NCBI RefSeq assembly: GCF_009914755.1
Contig: NC_060925.1
DNA length: 64,000 nucleotides
Reading direction: 5' to 3' (one strand)
DNA from: the human T2T-CHM13v2.0 reference genome, Homo sapiens
Position numbers and translations under genes: made by a program. The notes beneath the pieces are model-generated. The model searched no databases, was not told where the DNA came from, and saw only the letters and a program-made list of their open reading frames with translations. Each line of letters opens with the position of its first letter. Position 1 is the first letter of the stretch. Below are positions 22,422-38,479 of the stretch, in pieces.

Positions 22422-22744
22422 CTGTAGGAATAAAAAGAAAAGAGCCTTTAGGATAATGCAAGGAGGAATAAGAAACAAGTAGGAGAAAGCATTTGCTTCT
22501 TCTAGTTTATCCTTAATTAAACAAATTTGTTAATAACATTAAAGTGGTATATTTAGAAAGTTTTAAAAACACAGTCCTTGTCAGAGATACACCAAAATGT
22601 TAATATTGATGATTTACCTTCAATGCACATATATGTACCTCCAAACACTATATGATCCCAGTCTCATACCACCTTTTCCTCAGCCCTTTAACTTTGGGCT
22701 GTTCACTCACCATCACAGGACCTGCTGGAAGATTCATTTCTTAC

Positions 22745-22938
22745 CCATATGTCAAATTTTCCAGGAAAGAAGCGCTCAGGAATTCGAGCAGCATAAAGGC
22801 CAGCTCCAGTGATGTACATCACAGCCATGAGGAAGAACCAGCCCATCTGGCCCACTGTGGTGGCCTTGACAAAGCCCTCAGCGATAGTAAAGTGCATGGT
22901 GGGCACGACGCCACTCAAGCCAAGTCCCAGGAACACGC
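22745..22938 (-). CDS. ADIPOR1: ADIPOR1 exon 7 (194 nt)
   Basis: GVFLGLGLSGVVPTMH...RIPERFFPGKFDIW; GT-AG boundaries. Confidence 0.97.
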
Positions 22939-23566
22939 CTGAACAGAACAGACATAAGACTGTCAAACAAGGAAACAGCCACCGCATGGAAGGCACTGCT
23001 GTCTTACTCTGGAATTTCAATGTTTATGATAATTAGCTATTTTTGGATGAATAGTACATGTTTAGGAAACTTAGCTACAAGATGGATAACACTCAACAGA
23101 TATTTCTTCTATGTCCTGAATGGGAAGAAGCTGTGTAAGTGCTTACTACCTTTTAAGCACCAAGAACAAAGATCTCATATTCTTCATTATCTGTTAAGGA
23201 ATTTAGGTAAAAATGGTATGTCAAGACTCTCTGATGGCTAACTTGGGTACAGAACTTAGATGTCAAGGCTTCAGTTGCCTCCCAAGTCAGAGAAGCATAG
23301 GATAGGCTTCCTGTTAAGATCATAAAAGTCTTACATAACCAGAACTCTGACCTCCTGAGTAGACAGATATACCCAGATTAGCAGTTATCCTGTAGCTGCT
23401 GGGACACACAAGTAAGGCAAGAGCAAGGGAAGAATGGGTATGTGTCTCATCATTACACTACACATAACTGAAGGGCAGGGACCACCTCTCCATCTTTGTA
23501 AATACCTTTGTTTAAGCACAGTGCATGGCACGTGGCTGGTGCTTGATAAATATTTAATTATTATTA

Positions 23567-23910
<344 letters not shown>

Positions 23911-24475
23911 TTAAAACATAGCAGATATTAATTGTAAAGGGACTAAAGACTAGTGGTAATTGGTGGTGTTGCTGCAAGTAATAAAAGCTTAAAATAAGAG
24001 TCCAGATGAGATGAGACAACACAAAGATGTTTATGCTTGTAGCTATTACTTTGTTACCTGTTTATGCTCAAGGTATTTTCATTCACCAAACCAGGTATTC
24101 CATTCCCTTAGTAAAATGCCTCTGAGTGTTTTAATTTTAATCCCTTGGTCTGAGCTTGGGACTCGGGTCACTAAAATTACTGTGCTTGCTACATTTTTAA
24201 ACTGTCACAAACCAAGTATAAGAGTAGCTACATCTGTGCTTGCAGTTAATTGACCAGCTGGGTAATGATCTGTCCTATTGGCATTCTACTGAAATAGTAT
24301 GACACTGGGAGTTGAGAACTGAGCTTTGAAATTGATGCTGTTTTGAAAGTTCTGAAACACAAATCAGGGTTTGGGTGGGGTTCTCAAGCTGCAAACCTTA
24401 AGGCTCAAATAGGTTTGAGCCTATCAGGCCTAAGGTCTAAATACCTCTGAGGTGTACGTACATCTTCCGACCTAC

Positions 24476-24663
24476 CTGCTCTTGTCTGCCGGTGCTTAGG
24501 AGTGGCAAACCGGTCCCACTGCGCCACAATGATGGCAGAAATGCCCAGGACACAGACGATGGAGAGGTAGATGAGCCGTGGCTGTGGGGAGCAGTAGAAG
24601 GAATAATAGAGCCAGGGGACAAAGCTCCCCATAATTAGAAGAGCAATCCCTGAATAGTCCAGT
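24476..24663 (-). CDS. ADIPOR1: ADIPOR1 exon 6 (188 nt)
   Basis: LDYSGIALLIMGSFVPWLYY...KHRQTRA; GT-AG boundaries. Confidence 0.97.
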
Positions 24664-25700
24664 CTAAAAAGAACCACAAAAATGAAACAAATCAGTGGGG
24701 GAAATGAATTTGTATGGCTCATTTAACTAGCTCTTTCTGTTCTCCACCTGCTCCCAGATTTAACCATTCCCTCAATCTATCCTGTATTGTAGACTCCCAT
24801 ACAATCTATCCTGTATTCTGGATTAAAATTCCACAAGGTCACTTCTATTTTACGATGGAAAAATCTCTAAGAATCCCCATTCAAAGAACTCTATCCCTTT
24901 CCCTTACTAGTGAACAGCCGTATCTCCCATAGTAGACACTTGAATTTAGAAATTCCATCACAATCCAGCTGGTTCCCAGCATCACACTCAGGAAAGGCTT
25001 TGAAAATTCTCCTATTCTGATAGAATGAGTTCTAAAAACAAAATTCTTAAATTGGGAGTAGTATTAAGGGATACTCTAGCTTTTTCTATCTTAGTTGACT
25101 TTTTAAATGAGGAAAATGTACCTTCTTACTGGTGTTGTTAGAAAAAACAAAATAATACACCACTGTCGCCACCAAAACCAACAATAACAACAAAAACAAG
25201 CAAACAAATAGAACCTCAGGCTCACGGCTGGGCAAGAGAGAAAGCACACGATGATGGACATCTGGAGCTTCCAGCAATGCATGGGCAGCAAAGATAAGCT
25301 TTACTTGACTGCTGGGTAGGAGCACCAGCAGAATGAAGCATAGACTATTTACCACACCCTACTTTGGCTTGGGCTAATAGTAAGTTACGCTTGTACAAGG
25401 TCTTGGAAAGCAGCCAGTGCACTGGCACTCTAAGCCTCACAAAAGATAGTGCTTTTCAGGTAGAAAATATATTCCACAATTGGTCTCTCCATCTGTTGAA
25501 GAGGATGCAGTAAGTCTGTTCATGAAGTGTTTAAGAGAAAAGCTTCATCACCCCACTATCGCCACAGAACAGAGAGCCTTTCCTCTGGCATATCAAGAAA
25601 CCTTTAGGAGTGATATGAGCTCCTATCACCCAGTAAGCACTGGGATCTCAAGATGTGACAACAGTGCACAGTATTTTCCTATGGTGTTCTTTTAACTCAC

Positions 25701-25887
25701 TTGGAAAAAGTCCGAGAGACTTTCTCTGAATGACAATAGACGGTGTGAAAGAGCCAGGAGAAGCTGAGGCAGAGCACTGCACCCAAAAAGAACATCCCAA
25801 AAACCACCTTCTCCTGTAGAGGGGCCATGAAGTACATATTTGGTCTGAGCATGGTCAAGATTCCCAAAAAGAGAAACAGCACGAAAC
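25701..25887 (-). CDS. ADIPOR1: ADIPOR1 exon 5 (187 nt)
   Basis: FVLFLFLGILTMLRPN...SWLFHTVYCHSEKVSRTFS; SxxxH motif; GT-AG boundaries. Confidence 0.97.
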
Positions 25888-25974
25888 CTGCAGGAGGGTA
25901 AAATAAAAAAAACCTGTAAGAAAAAAGGGAATGTGTACACTTTGACGGTTGATGTTTTTGAATCAGAGAGCTAC

Positions 25975-26752
25975 AGGCAACATCACTAATCATCAGGGAA
26001 ATACAAATTAAAAGCACAATGAAATACCACCTTACTTCTGCAAGAAAGGCCATTATTAAAAAGTCAAAAAACAACAGATGTTGGCATGGATATGGTAAAA
26101 GGGGAATGCTTATACACTCCTTGTGGGAATGTAAATTATAAATTAGTATAACCTCTATGGAAAAGGGTATAGAGATTCCTTAAAGAACTAAAAGTAGAGC
26201 TACTATTTGATCCACCAATCCCACTACCAGGTGTCTACCCAAAGGAAAAGCAGTCATATGAAAAAGACACATGCACATGTATGTTTATTGTAGCACAATT
26301 CACAACTCTAAAGATATGGAACCAACCTAAGTGTCCATTGACCAATGAGTGAATAAAGGAAATGTGGTGTATGTACACCATGGAATACTACTCAGCCATA
26401 AAAAGGAATGCAATAATGTCTTTTGCAGCAACCTGGATGAAGCTGAAGGCCACTATTCTAAGTGAAGTAACTTAGGAATGAAAAATCAAATACTGTATAT
26501 GTTCTCACTTATAAGTGGGAGCTAAGCTATGAGTACGCAAAGGCATATAGAATGATATAATGGACTATGGAGACTTAGAAGCGGGAGGGGGAGATAGGGG
26601 TGTGAGACAGAAAAACTACATATTGAGTACAATGTACACTACTAAGGTGATGGGTGCATTAAAATCTCAGAATTCACCAGTATATAATTCATCCATGTAA
26701 CCAAACCCCCCCCCACCCCTTTGTAACCCAAGAGCTATTGAAATAAAAAAAA
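25975..26752 (+). mobile_element. 5'-truncated L1PB-type 3' end in ADIPOR1 intron 4
   Basis: L1 3' sequence ending gctattgaaataaaaaa; TSD aatcagagagcta (25961-25973) / aatcagaaagcta (26753-26765). Confidence 0.88.
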
Positions 26753-27156
26753 AATCAGAAAGCTATGAGGTTTAGCTGTGTAATTGCAGTCCAATGTTTC
26801 AAAGAAAGTGGCACTGGTCACAGAAACCCAGACAAAAAAGACCATTTTTTGAAATGTTGGCATTTTACTTTTACAGTTGGAAATTACGAAGTACAAGGAA
26901 TTGTCTCCACCTAGAACAGTTCTGCCAGGGATCACAAAAAAATATCTAGTCCCAATTTCTTTGGTTTCTAGGCCTTTTACTCTCAGTCTTAAAGATCAGT
27001 GATCAAGGGTCAACCAAGGTTATTAGCTTAAAGTCATTAGTAGTTTAAAGGTAGAATCCCAGCTGCCAATCGATCTGAACAACTTTGTTGGGCTCTATAA
27101 TCCCTTCGCAGTTAGGGAGACAACAAATTCCACCTTTCCCCATCCAAATCACTCAC

Positions 27157-27328
27157 CAAGCAGATGGGTCCAGATGTTGCCAGTTTCTGTATGAATGCGG
27201 AAGATGCTCTTGAAGCAAGCCCGAAAGGAGGGCATGGGAGGTCTATGACCATGTAGCAGATAGTCGTTGTCCTTTAGCCAGTCAGGGAGCACATCATATG
27301 GGATGACCCTCCAACGTCCCTCCCAGAC
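27157..27328 (-). CDS. ADIPOR1: ADIPOR1 exon 4 (172 nt)
   Basis: VWEGRWRVIPYDVLPDWLKDNDYLLHGHR...ETGNIWTHLL read by hand (absent from ORF track); GT-AG boundaries. Confidence 0.96.
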
Positions 27329-27548
27329 CTAGAACATATACACTTTCTCTGGGTAGGGCACTAGATAGTACCTTCCCCAAGGACAAGCAGTGATGGAGAA
27401 CTAGTCTAAGAAGATGTCAGTCAGGCTCTGAATGGTCCTAGGTAATAGTGGAGAACCAGCCTGGACTGGGGGATATCCAAGACATAGCATGAATGGGGCT
27501 AGCAGAGTCCTGACTCATATTTTGACCATTAAAAAAAAAAAAAAAATC

Positions 27549-28269
<721 letters not shown>

Positions 28270-29021
28270 TTAGGCTACTTGAAATTTCAAAATTGATATA
28301 CTGAATAAAAACAAAAAAATTATAAACGTTGTTTTAAAAAACGTACAGATCCCTCCTTTGCCCCTCTCCAGGAGATTCTATCTCATGTCTCATCCTTCCC
28401 CCAATTAGATTCTAAGTTCTTACCACATCTTTTTAGAGTAGGGGTTCTTAATCTAGGATCCATGCACTATGGACAGGATCCAGGGAATAGATGGAAAAAA
28501 TTGTATTTCCATTTACCTCTAAGTAAATTGAGCATTTTCCTCAATTATAAGCATAAGCAACAAACCACAGTATTAGTAGAACTTGTGGCTTTGTCACCAA
28601 TAGAAATCAGATACTCTCACACATTAGTTCTGCAGGTATCTCAAAATACTGTTTCTATTCATCATTACTTAGAAATTACAAATTTTAATAAAATACATTA
28701 GTGCTCATCATTCATGTATATTTAATGTGTTAACAAAGGCATTCATATTACTGTCATATTGAAATATTTTGATGACTTCCAAAGGCACCCCTTGCATAGA
28801 AAAGAATCCGTTTTAAGAATATATTTTGAACAATGCCTCACAGAGTAGGCAGTAAAAATTTAGCCAGTCTTCACATTGATTTACCTCATCTTAACCAAAA
28901 AACAAATCCACTCCTTCCCAGGAATAAAAGCTCTTCGACCCAGTGCAAGCTTGCTGGCTGGGGACATCCCAGACAGGCCTGCTGCCCTTCCCCTTCCAGG
29001 ACAGAAGCTCATAGGCCATAC

Positions 29022-29138
29022 CTTGTACACAAACTCTTCCATCTTCTCCATGGCGTGGTGGGCTTGCAGGGGAAGTGTCAGTACCCGCACCTCCTCCTCT
29101 TCTTCCTGGGGCACTGGGCATGTTTGCTCTTCTTCAGC
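29022..29138 (-). CDS. ADIPOR1: ADIPOR1 exon 3 (117 nt)
   Basis: AEEEQTCPVPQEEEEEVRVLTLPLQAHHAMEKMEEFVYK; GT-AG boundaries. Confidence 0.97.
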
Positions 29139-29504
29139 CTATGGGGGAAAAAACCCACAACAATCCAGGGAGTCATCTCATAAATTGTACTATTCCAGAG
29201 CAGAGAGACCCAGAAAAACCCAAACCTAATGCCTTCTGCCCAGCCTCTTTCCTACAGAGGGTCTTGTGGTCTCTTCTCCAAAAGCATACACACTGAGTTT
29301 ACAACACTAGTTAGAAATTTATTAATACTTCGTAAATGCTGGAGTGAACATTCTATGCAGTGCGTAAAAGAAGGACTGTCACAGAGACTAGCATTGGGGG
29401 AATACACCAGCTCTAGGTACTGAATGACATCCTTTTCTTTAGGATAGTGGTTCTTAACTTTCCTCAGTTTCCCAAAGAGTTCTCTTTTCTAAGCCATTAC
29501 ATTT

Positions 29505-31140
<1,636 letters not shown>

Positions 31141-31654
31141 TAAAAGGGAAAGAGAGGGCCTTTCTTCTCGTTTCCCTTTCATGGGGGGTAGAATGTGGGT
31201 ATGATGGGCACATATTAAGAGTGATGGGAGAGCAACACAGGTGCCTGACAGTGGTGGATCCTCCATATCAGCCCTGGATTGGTTACTTCTGAAATTCTTT
31301 TGCTTGAGAGACTTCTGTCCTGTCAAAACTGTAAGGATTTTTGTGTGTTATATGAAGTCAAACCTAATCCTAATTGACTGCTTCCTTCATTCATTCAGAT
31401 ATTTACTGATTATTTATTGGACTGCAGGCCTTGTGCTAAGCACTGGTATTACAAAGATGAGTGCATTCCCAAAAGCTTACAATGGGGAAAGCAGACAACA
31501 AGATGTTTATAACAGTATCATAGGGACTTGGATAGAGACATTTCCAGGATGCAATGTTCCTCCTTTTGGACGGTGAGCTCTTAAAAAAGAGAAAATGACA
31601 GAGTTCTAAGGAGAGAAACTGAACAAGGGGATGACTCCTGGGAAGATGACTTAC

Positions 31655-31795
31655 TTTGGGTGGGTTGGCGATTACCCGTTTGCCCTTCTCTTCTAGCAGG
31701 GGTCCCAGTTCAGCCAGTTCCACCGTGTCAGCTTCCCTGTTACTGGCAGGAGCCCCATTCCCCTGTGCCACCACAGATCCTTTGTGGGAAGACAT
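31655..31795 (-). CDS. ADIPOR1: ADIPOR1 exon 2 coding part (MSSHKGSVVAQ...IANPPK); exon spans 31655-31889
   Basis: ATG at 31795; donor AAA|gtaagt; acceptor cttttag at 31890-31891; coding exons sum to 1128 nt. Confidence 0.97.
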
Positions 31796-33269
31796 CTGGC
31801 TGGTACCTCAATACCCTGCAGCTTCAGCTTGGGGAAAGGTTGGGGTCTCTCAGCCCCAGGGGGCAGAGATCTCCCTCTGATGGTAGACACTAAAAGCAAA
31901 CACAAACATGAAGGATTGACAATTTATTCCTCTTACAGTTTCATTTCTATACTCTAATACTGAATAAGAAGCTAATCAACTCATATCCTGTCCCCAATTC
32001 TAAAGGCCAGTTAATTGCTTAAATGAAATCTATTCCTGTCCTCCCTCTTTAATGTCAACCTTTACCCAGAACCTCACTAATCTTATAGGTAAGGCTGAAA
32101 ATGTAACACCTAGTTGCTTGCTTTCATATGATCTATGGTTACTGCACCAAACTGTCACCATAGAAAAACAGCTACCCACCCTCAACTCCCTCCCACAGGT
32201 ATGGAACCATTTAGTGAGAAGAATCTCATCTATCACTCCCAAAGCTCACTCTGCCCAAGAAAGGCCTAGCTCTGAGACCGAGGAATAAAAATATAAAGCC
32301 AACATCTGGCTGCAATTACTACAAGATCATCCAGGCTTAGAAATGAATTAAATGCCAACTGAACTCAGTTAGACCTTATCTACAAATGCTCTGATAAATG
32401 TGTCATACATACAAAAGGAACTTGGTTGTGGGACAGATGCCTAGTGGTTAATTTCTCTGCGAAGTCTACTAATTCTATTACAGGATTATAGCCTGAGTTC
32501 AACCCTGGGATAACAAGCTTTCATCACAATCTGTCCTGCAAGCAAGCAAGAACTTACCTGGAAGCAGGAAGGTGAAGACAAGGAGGCAGCCCCAATTTAC
32601 CCTTTGCCACACACATACCTAATAACCAGCTCCACAATAACTTGTTTCAACCACCACAACCCATAATCTAAGCCCTACTCAAATGAGTATTTCAGAAACT
32701 AGAGACAGGCACACACAAAATCAGAAAAACCCAGAATTCCATTTTCTAGGAAAAATCTCAGACACTTTAGGTTTTCCTGGGTTGGATTTTCACAGTAGTC
32801 TTTAAACAGGCCTCAGGGAAATGCAAATAAAAAAAGAGGGAAAGAGGGAGAAAGTTTCCAAAGATTTCCACTATGCTGTAAATTATTAGTTCTCTCCCCA
32901 CCTCTACCCCCATACAAAGGACTTTATTAGTTATAGCAATAGCAGTAGCCAGAATATTAGCATTTTCTTGCATTGGTTACCCAAGCCCCACCCAAACCCA
33001 AATAACCACATTGCAATGCAGGGAGGGCCAGGTAACAACTGCACATGGAGTGGGTTGCATTCCGGGAGAGGAAACTTAAGCTTAGGGAGCCCCAATCTTT
33101 TATATTGGGCAGTAAACATAACTTTGCTCCTGAGGGAGACACTATATCATCCATGGCTATTCACTATATACAAATATCTTTGATATCTTGTGTCAGTTCT
33201 TTTTTATCTAAGAGTAATCACAATTCCTTCTCAGGGATTATAAATCTCTTTCTCTGACTCCCTAACTCT

Positions 33270-33571
33270 CTCTGTCTCTCCCCCTCCTTCCCTCCTGGAG
33301 CTGGGACACCCTTCTTTTCCTGCCCTTGGACATCAGAAACTCCAGGTTCTCCTGCCTTGGGATTCCGGGACGTGCACCAATAGCCCCTTGGGTTCTCAGG
33401 CCTTCAGCCTTAAACTGAACCAGTTATGGACTTTCCTCATTGTCTAGCTTGAGATGGCATAGTGTGGGACTTAGCCTCCATAATCTCATGAGCCAATTCC
33501 CCGAATAAATCCCATCTCTATCCATATGTATGTATCCTATTGGTGCTTTCTGGAGAACACTTACTAACACA
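33270..33571 (+). mobile_element. MLT2-type (ERVL) LTR fragment
   Basis: cctggagctgggacacccttc...gcccttggacatcagaa...aataaatccc...ctaacaca matches remembered MLT2 3' half. Confidence 0.75.
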
Positions 33572-35952
33572 TCAGGTAAGGGCAATCCTCAAGCTTCTAA
33601 ACAGTCATGAGTCATGCTATGCTCAACCCACAAGCACAGTTGAAAGCAACCGGCAATCTAGTCCAAGAGAGACAAAAACAATAACTTGCTATACAGCAGA
33701 CCTTTATATGGTGTCAACACATAGACAGTTCCTCTTCCTTTAAATGTGCAAGACTCTGACGAGATGCCAGCACACAGTCATAGTGAACAATTGAGCTAAG
33801 GAGAACAGGAAGCTGGAAGCCTATGAAAACCTCGAGGATGGGCAACCCGTGTGAGAGGGACACAAGGAAATCTTTCTCAATAGGCTGACCTCAAAACATA
33901 TTTCCTCAAAGTGAAGTACTACTGAATCAGCAGCTTTACTAAAAAATACTTTATATCGCAAGCAAAAAAAAAAAACCAAAAAACAACTTTATATCACAAG
34001 CAAAAAACATAAATATTTTTGGGCATCTTAGATAAATCTGAAAAGAGGGGCACACTTAGCTTGTTACTTACTAAGTTACTGTTGGAAGTAACTTAGATCA
34101 GGCTACCAGGGCAGAAACAAAACAAAACAAAACAAAATTCTGGTTCTGAGATGCAATACATGGATCATAAAATAATAAATATACTTTATTTTAGTTAGAA
34201 CCCATTTCAAAATGAATGAATGAATGGGGCAGATTCCAGCTTGCCAGCATATGACTTAGCTTCTAGCCACTTAGATAAGGGCTTATGTGCATTTTCTTGT
34301 GCTTGTGGTGGCTTCTCTTATCCCTTTCCCCAGAGTAAGTCAACACATTCATTGAATATTTAGCAAGTGTATTTAGGACTAGCACCCTAAGGCATTCTAA
34401 GACACTGTGCAAAATACAAGACACTGTGCAAAATACAAGTTGAACAAGTTATAGTATTGTTTTCAAAGAGCCAGATAACATAGGTAGTTTGTGATATGCA
34501 CAAAAATAAGTGATACAATTTGATTGCTCCAGGAGGGCAGTGGAGGGAGAGAACCCCTCAACTAGAATGGTCACACACTAAATTTAGTAACTTTGAGTGC
34601 TATGTAACTATTTTACTAGAGGCAATGAGAATAATATAGAGAAAATTTAAGTTGGGCAATTAGGGTCCAAAGATCATGTGCAGAATCCAGATTGGCATTC
34701 TTACTAATTTCATCATTTGATCTGAAAAGTTTTTATGCCCTCAAGTCTTCTGGCTATCATCAAAGTCTTTTCCCTTTTCAGTCCAAATCATTTACTATTA
34801 GTTCTTCCGATTCCCTCTAGCTCCTCTATCACTAGCTCCTATACCACCTCTCTACATCTTCTAGACCCAGAGTCACCAAAACCTGAGACCCCAGTTAACT
34901 CACAAACCAGCCATCAGCTACAACTCATCATACAAAATATATCATCATGCATTAAAGTACATACAATGGAGGTCAATGGAGATCATGTCATCATAGTGAG
35001 CAAAGTCCATTGTCCAGTTTGGTCTTCTAAACTGTAGTAACACAGAGACAGGAAAGGGAGAGATAGGGATCGGACGTCTGGCAAGAAAGAAGAGCAAATA
35101 ATACTAGGATCTGAAAATACCACTTCTATGGGGTGGATCACTCACAAACAATGGAGAATTACAAGTGTGTTTTAGTCTATGGTGTAAAATCAGAACAAAC
35201 CCCTAAGGTGTTAGAACGATCCTAGGTGAGCCAACCTTCTGCCAGCTTTCTATGTCCTTACGTATTTTAGAGGAAATGCCTTTCCCCTCAAGCTTGCCAC
35301 ACCCAATACTGCAAATTATATTTGAGCCAAACTCGACTGAGTGCATTTTTGATGAGATTTCTTCAACTCAAGCTAATAAACCTTTACCACTAAGCTTTCC
35401 AACTGGGTAAACCTAGGATATTAGAGAGTAAAGCTGTGGAGCAGGGAGGTTGTTTGTACTCCTATAAATAAGATAATCCTGTGCCAAACATGGGGAAAAG
35501 ATTGATTTTTAATCACCAGCCAGTTAGCTGGAGAGTTATTTCACTTATAGTTTTTGGAGACATTTATATTGTGAACCAATTCCCAAGTTTTCCAGGCTAC
35601 GGCACACCTTTCCTGGAGGCAAAGACACAAAGTTTCTAAGAGTTTAGTTCCTGGGCCTTTAGAGAGTCTATGGGTAGCCTCTATCCATACCTAGCTTGAT
35701 TCTTGTCCTAAAGCAAGACCAGTCTAGCAGTATAGATAAAGAATACAGCCATTTTTCCCCTATCTACTGTCTCTTAGGCAGGATAATTTCACAGCTTTGT
35801 TGGAGAAATATGAATCAAAGCAAAGGCACATGTTTGAAATCACCGAACTACAGTATATAGGGCCTCAGCTCTCCTACTCGATGCCAAGCGTCCCAGACTC
35901 TGAAGTGGAAAAACAGTCTGACTTCCTTTGTAGCTCTTCCCCAACAGAAGTC

Positions 35953-36799
35953 TTTTTTTTTTTTTAAAAGGGTCTTGCTCTGTCATTCAGGCTGGAGTGC
36001 AGTGGTGTGATCTCAGCTCACTGTAGCCTCAATGTGCCAGACTCAAGCGATCCTCCCACCTTAGCTTCCCAAGTCTTAGTAACCGGGACTACAGGCATGT
36101 GCCACCATGCCCAGCTAATTTTATTTTTTTGTAGAGACAAGGTCTCACTATGTTGCCCAGCCTTGGCATCCCAAAGTGCTGGGATTACAGGTATGAGCCA
36201 CTGTGCCTGGCTGAAGAGGTGTTTTTGAGCCCTGACAGACAGGCAAACTTTGCTAATGTCATGACAAAAAAAAAAGTGAACAGTATACAGGCATATGAAG
36301 GATTTTAATGCCAGCCCATTTTTTCTTTTTGGAGTCAGGGTCTTGCTCCCAAGTTCAGCCAGTTCCAGGCCCAGGCTAGAGTGTGTGGCACGATCATAGC
36401 TTACTACAGCCTATACTCCTGGACTCAAGCAATTCTCCTGCATCAGCCTCCCAAAGTGCTGGGATTACAGGTGTGAGCCACCGTGCCCAGCCAATGCCAG
36501 CCCCCACTTTTATTTTTGGAGACAAGGGCCTTGCTCTATCCCCCAGGGTGGAGTGCAGTGGCATGATCTGCTCACTGCAACCTCCGCCTTCCAGGTTCAA
36601 GCAATTCTCTTGCCTCAGCCTCCCAAGTAGCTGGGATTACAGGCACCTGCCACCACATCCGGATAATTTTTGTATTTTTAGTAGAGACAGGGTTTTGCCA
36701 TGTTGACCAGGTTGGTCTCGAACTCCTGACCTCAGGTGATCCACTCGCCTCAGCCTCCCAAAGTGTTGGGATTAGAGGCATGAGCCACTGTGCCCGGCC
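35953..36799 (-). mobile_element. Cluster of three old/partial Alus in ADIPOR1 intron 1
   Basis: Antisense Alu bodies. Confidence 0.85.
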
Positions 36800-38479
36800 T
36801 ATGCCCCCAACATTTCTGAGCAGGAAAATGGGAATCAACTTTTAGCATGGTGAGAGGAACAAAATCCAGGAGGTGACATTAGGGACAAATGGACATAACA
36901 ACGTTGATGAGTACTGGTCCAAGAAAAAAAACTCACCATAATTCACAAAGCGTCTAGATATAAAGACGACTGCTTATCTTACCTGTGTGATAATAAGTAG
37001 ATGGGACAGGATAATGTAGCAGGAGTGTTAAAGGGTTTCAGTTTGGCTTTGTATTAGAAGTCAAAGGAAATTTCCTATGGGAATAGAGAACAAATACACT
37101 GGCCTAGAAAGAAGGGCAATTTCTAACCTTCATTAATCTGAGAATACCGATTGATTACTTACAATACGCATGGTGTTGTGGCCACAGAGACAAGGCAAAG
37201 AGGAGTCAGAGGGTTGAAATGGTTGTTGGCCTCTAAATGGGGGAAATAACTTTCCTAATATCACTACAAGGCTTAGTGCCATTATGTGCAGGAGGAATTC
37301 AAAAGAAAAGTGCAACTTTAGTTGAAGTGATCAGAAAAAGTTTTGTGGAAGATTTTATGACAGGAGATTGATAGATAGAGATGGAAACAGGGCATTCCAG
37401 GAGGGTATATGGTGTGAACATGCCATGAAAGAACACAGTCCCCAGGGCAGTAAACAATTCATTTTTCCATAGAGTCCTGGAAAGGGAAAATGAGGCCAGA
37501 CTTAAAAAACTGAAAATAGCCTAAAAGCCTACTTAAGGTGGTGTACTTTATAAATCAGCAATGGGGATCAGTGGATTAATGTTGCTCCCTGTTATTTTTC
37601 TGAGATTCTCTCCTACCTGCAGGCAAAGTCTTGACCATTGAGAATAGAAAGCTTTCAGTTTCTACTCTACAATTAGGTATAGTTTTGCGGAGGTCTACCA
37701 TAACATGGGCCTTCACAGGTAACATCAGTTTTTATGACTGATTTCCCAAGTGCAAATCACAATATGGGTACATAAAAGTTATTCCTGGAGTAAATACATT
37801 TAGTAGCTGCAAGCCGGTACCCTGACATTGCAATCTGTTTAGCACCACCCTAAATTCCTGGCAGTATACAGATAGTATACAACCTCAGGAACCGAAGTTG
37901 CACCATCGTAGCCTACCCAACTACTAGGAAAAGAGAAAAGCAGTGAACCGACCCCACTATTACTTCATTTCAGAAAAGAACCAGCCATTACAATCATTTG
38001 TTTTGTAGATGGCAGCCTATGTATTCTCCGCTGTATTTTCTAGCCCGTCTTCTGAATCACTTGAGGGAAGTACTATGGTTAATCTAGTAAAGTACCATGG
38101 CCTCCTAGTGCTCCTTTGACATCTGAAACGGTGTAAACTGAAATTGGCCTTGTCAGTTTCCCATTCTCCCAAAGAGCACCAGAAACTGAGGGAAAAAAAA
38201 CACTTATCTATTTTCTTAAAAATCGAAGGCTTGAAGACCAAAATTCTCAAACAGAAGATAGAATACATCAATCCTAGATACCTAAGGTAATGAAATTTCA
38301 TTTTCCCCCAAAGTACCTTCGATTCTGCCCCGCATTTCAGCCTTCAGGATTACCTTAACCCTGCAGAGCGATCACCAACCTCCCTTCCCACCCCATCAAA
38401 GTGAGGGCACTGTCAGGACTTGACCTGCCAAAGATTGTTGGTGGAGGAACCTTAGGGCTTCCTGGCAACCCAATGCGGC

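Noticed and set aside
28437-28760. Possible ancient DNA transposon fragment in ADIPOR1 intron 3
   Set aside because: Too diverged to assign a family by eye; needs a Dfam search
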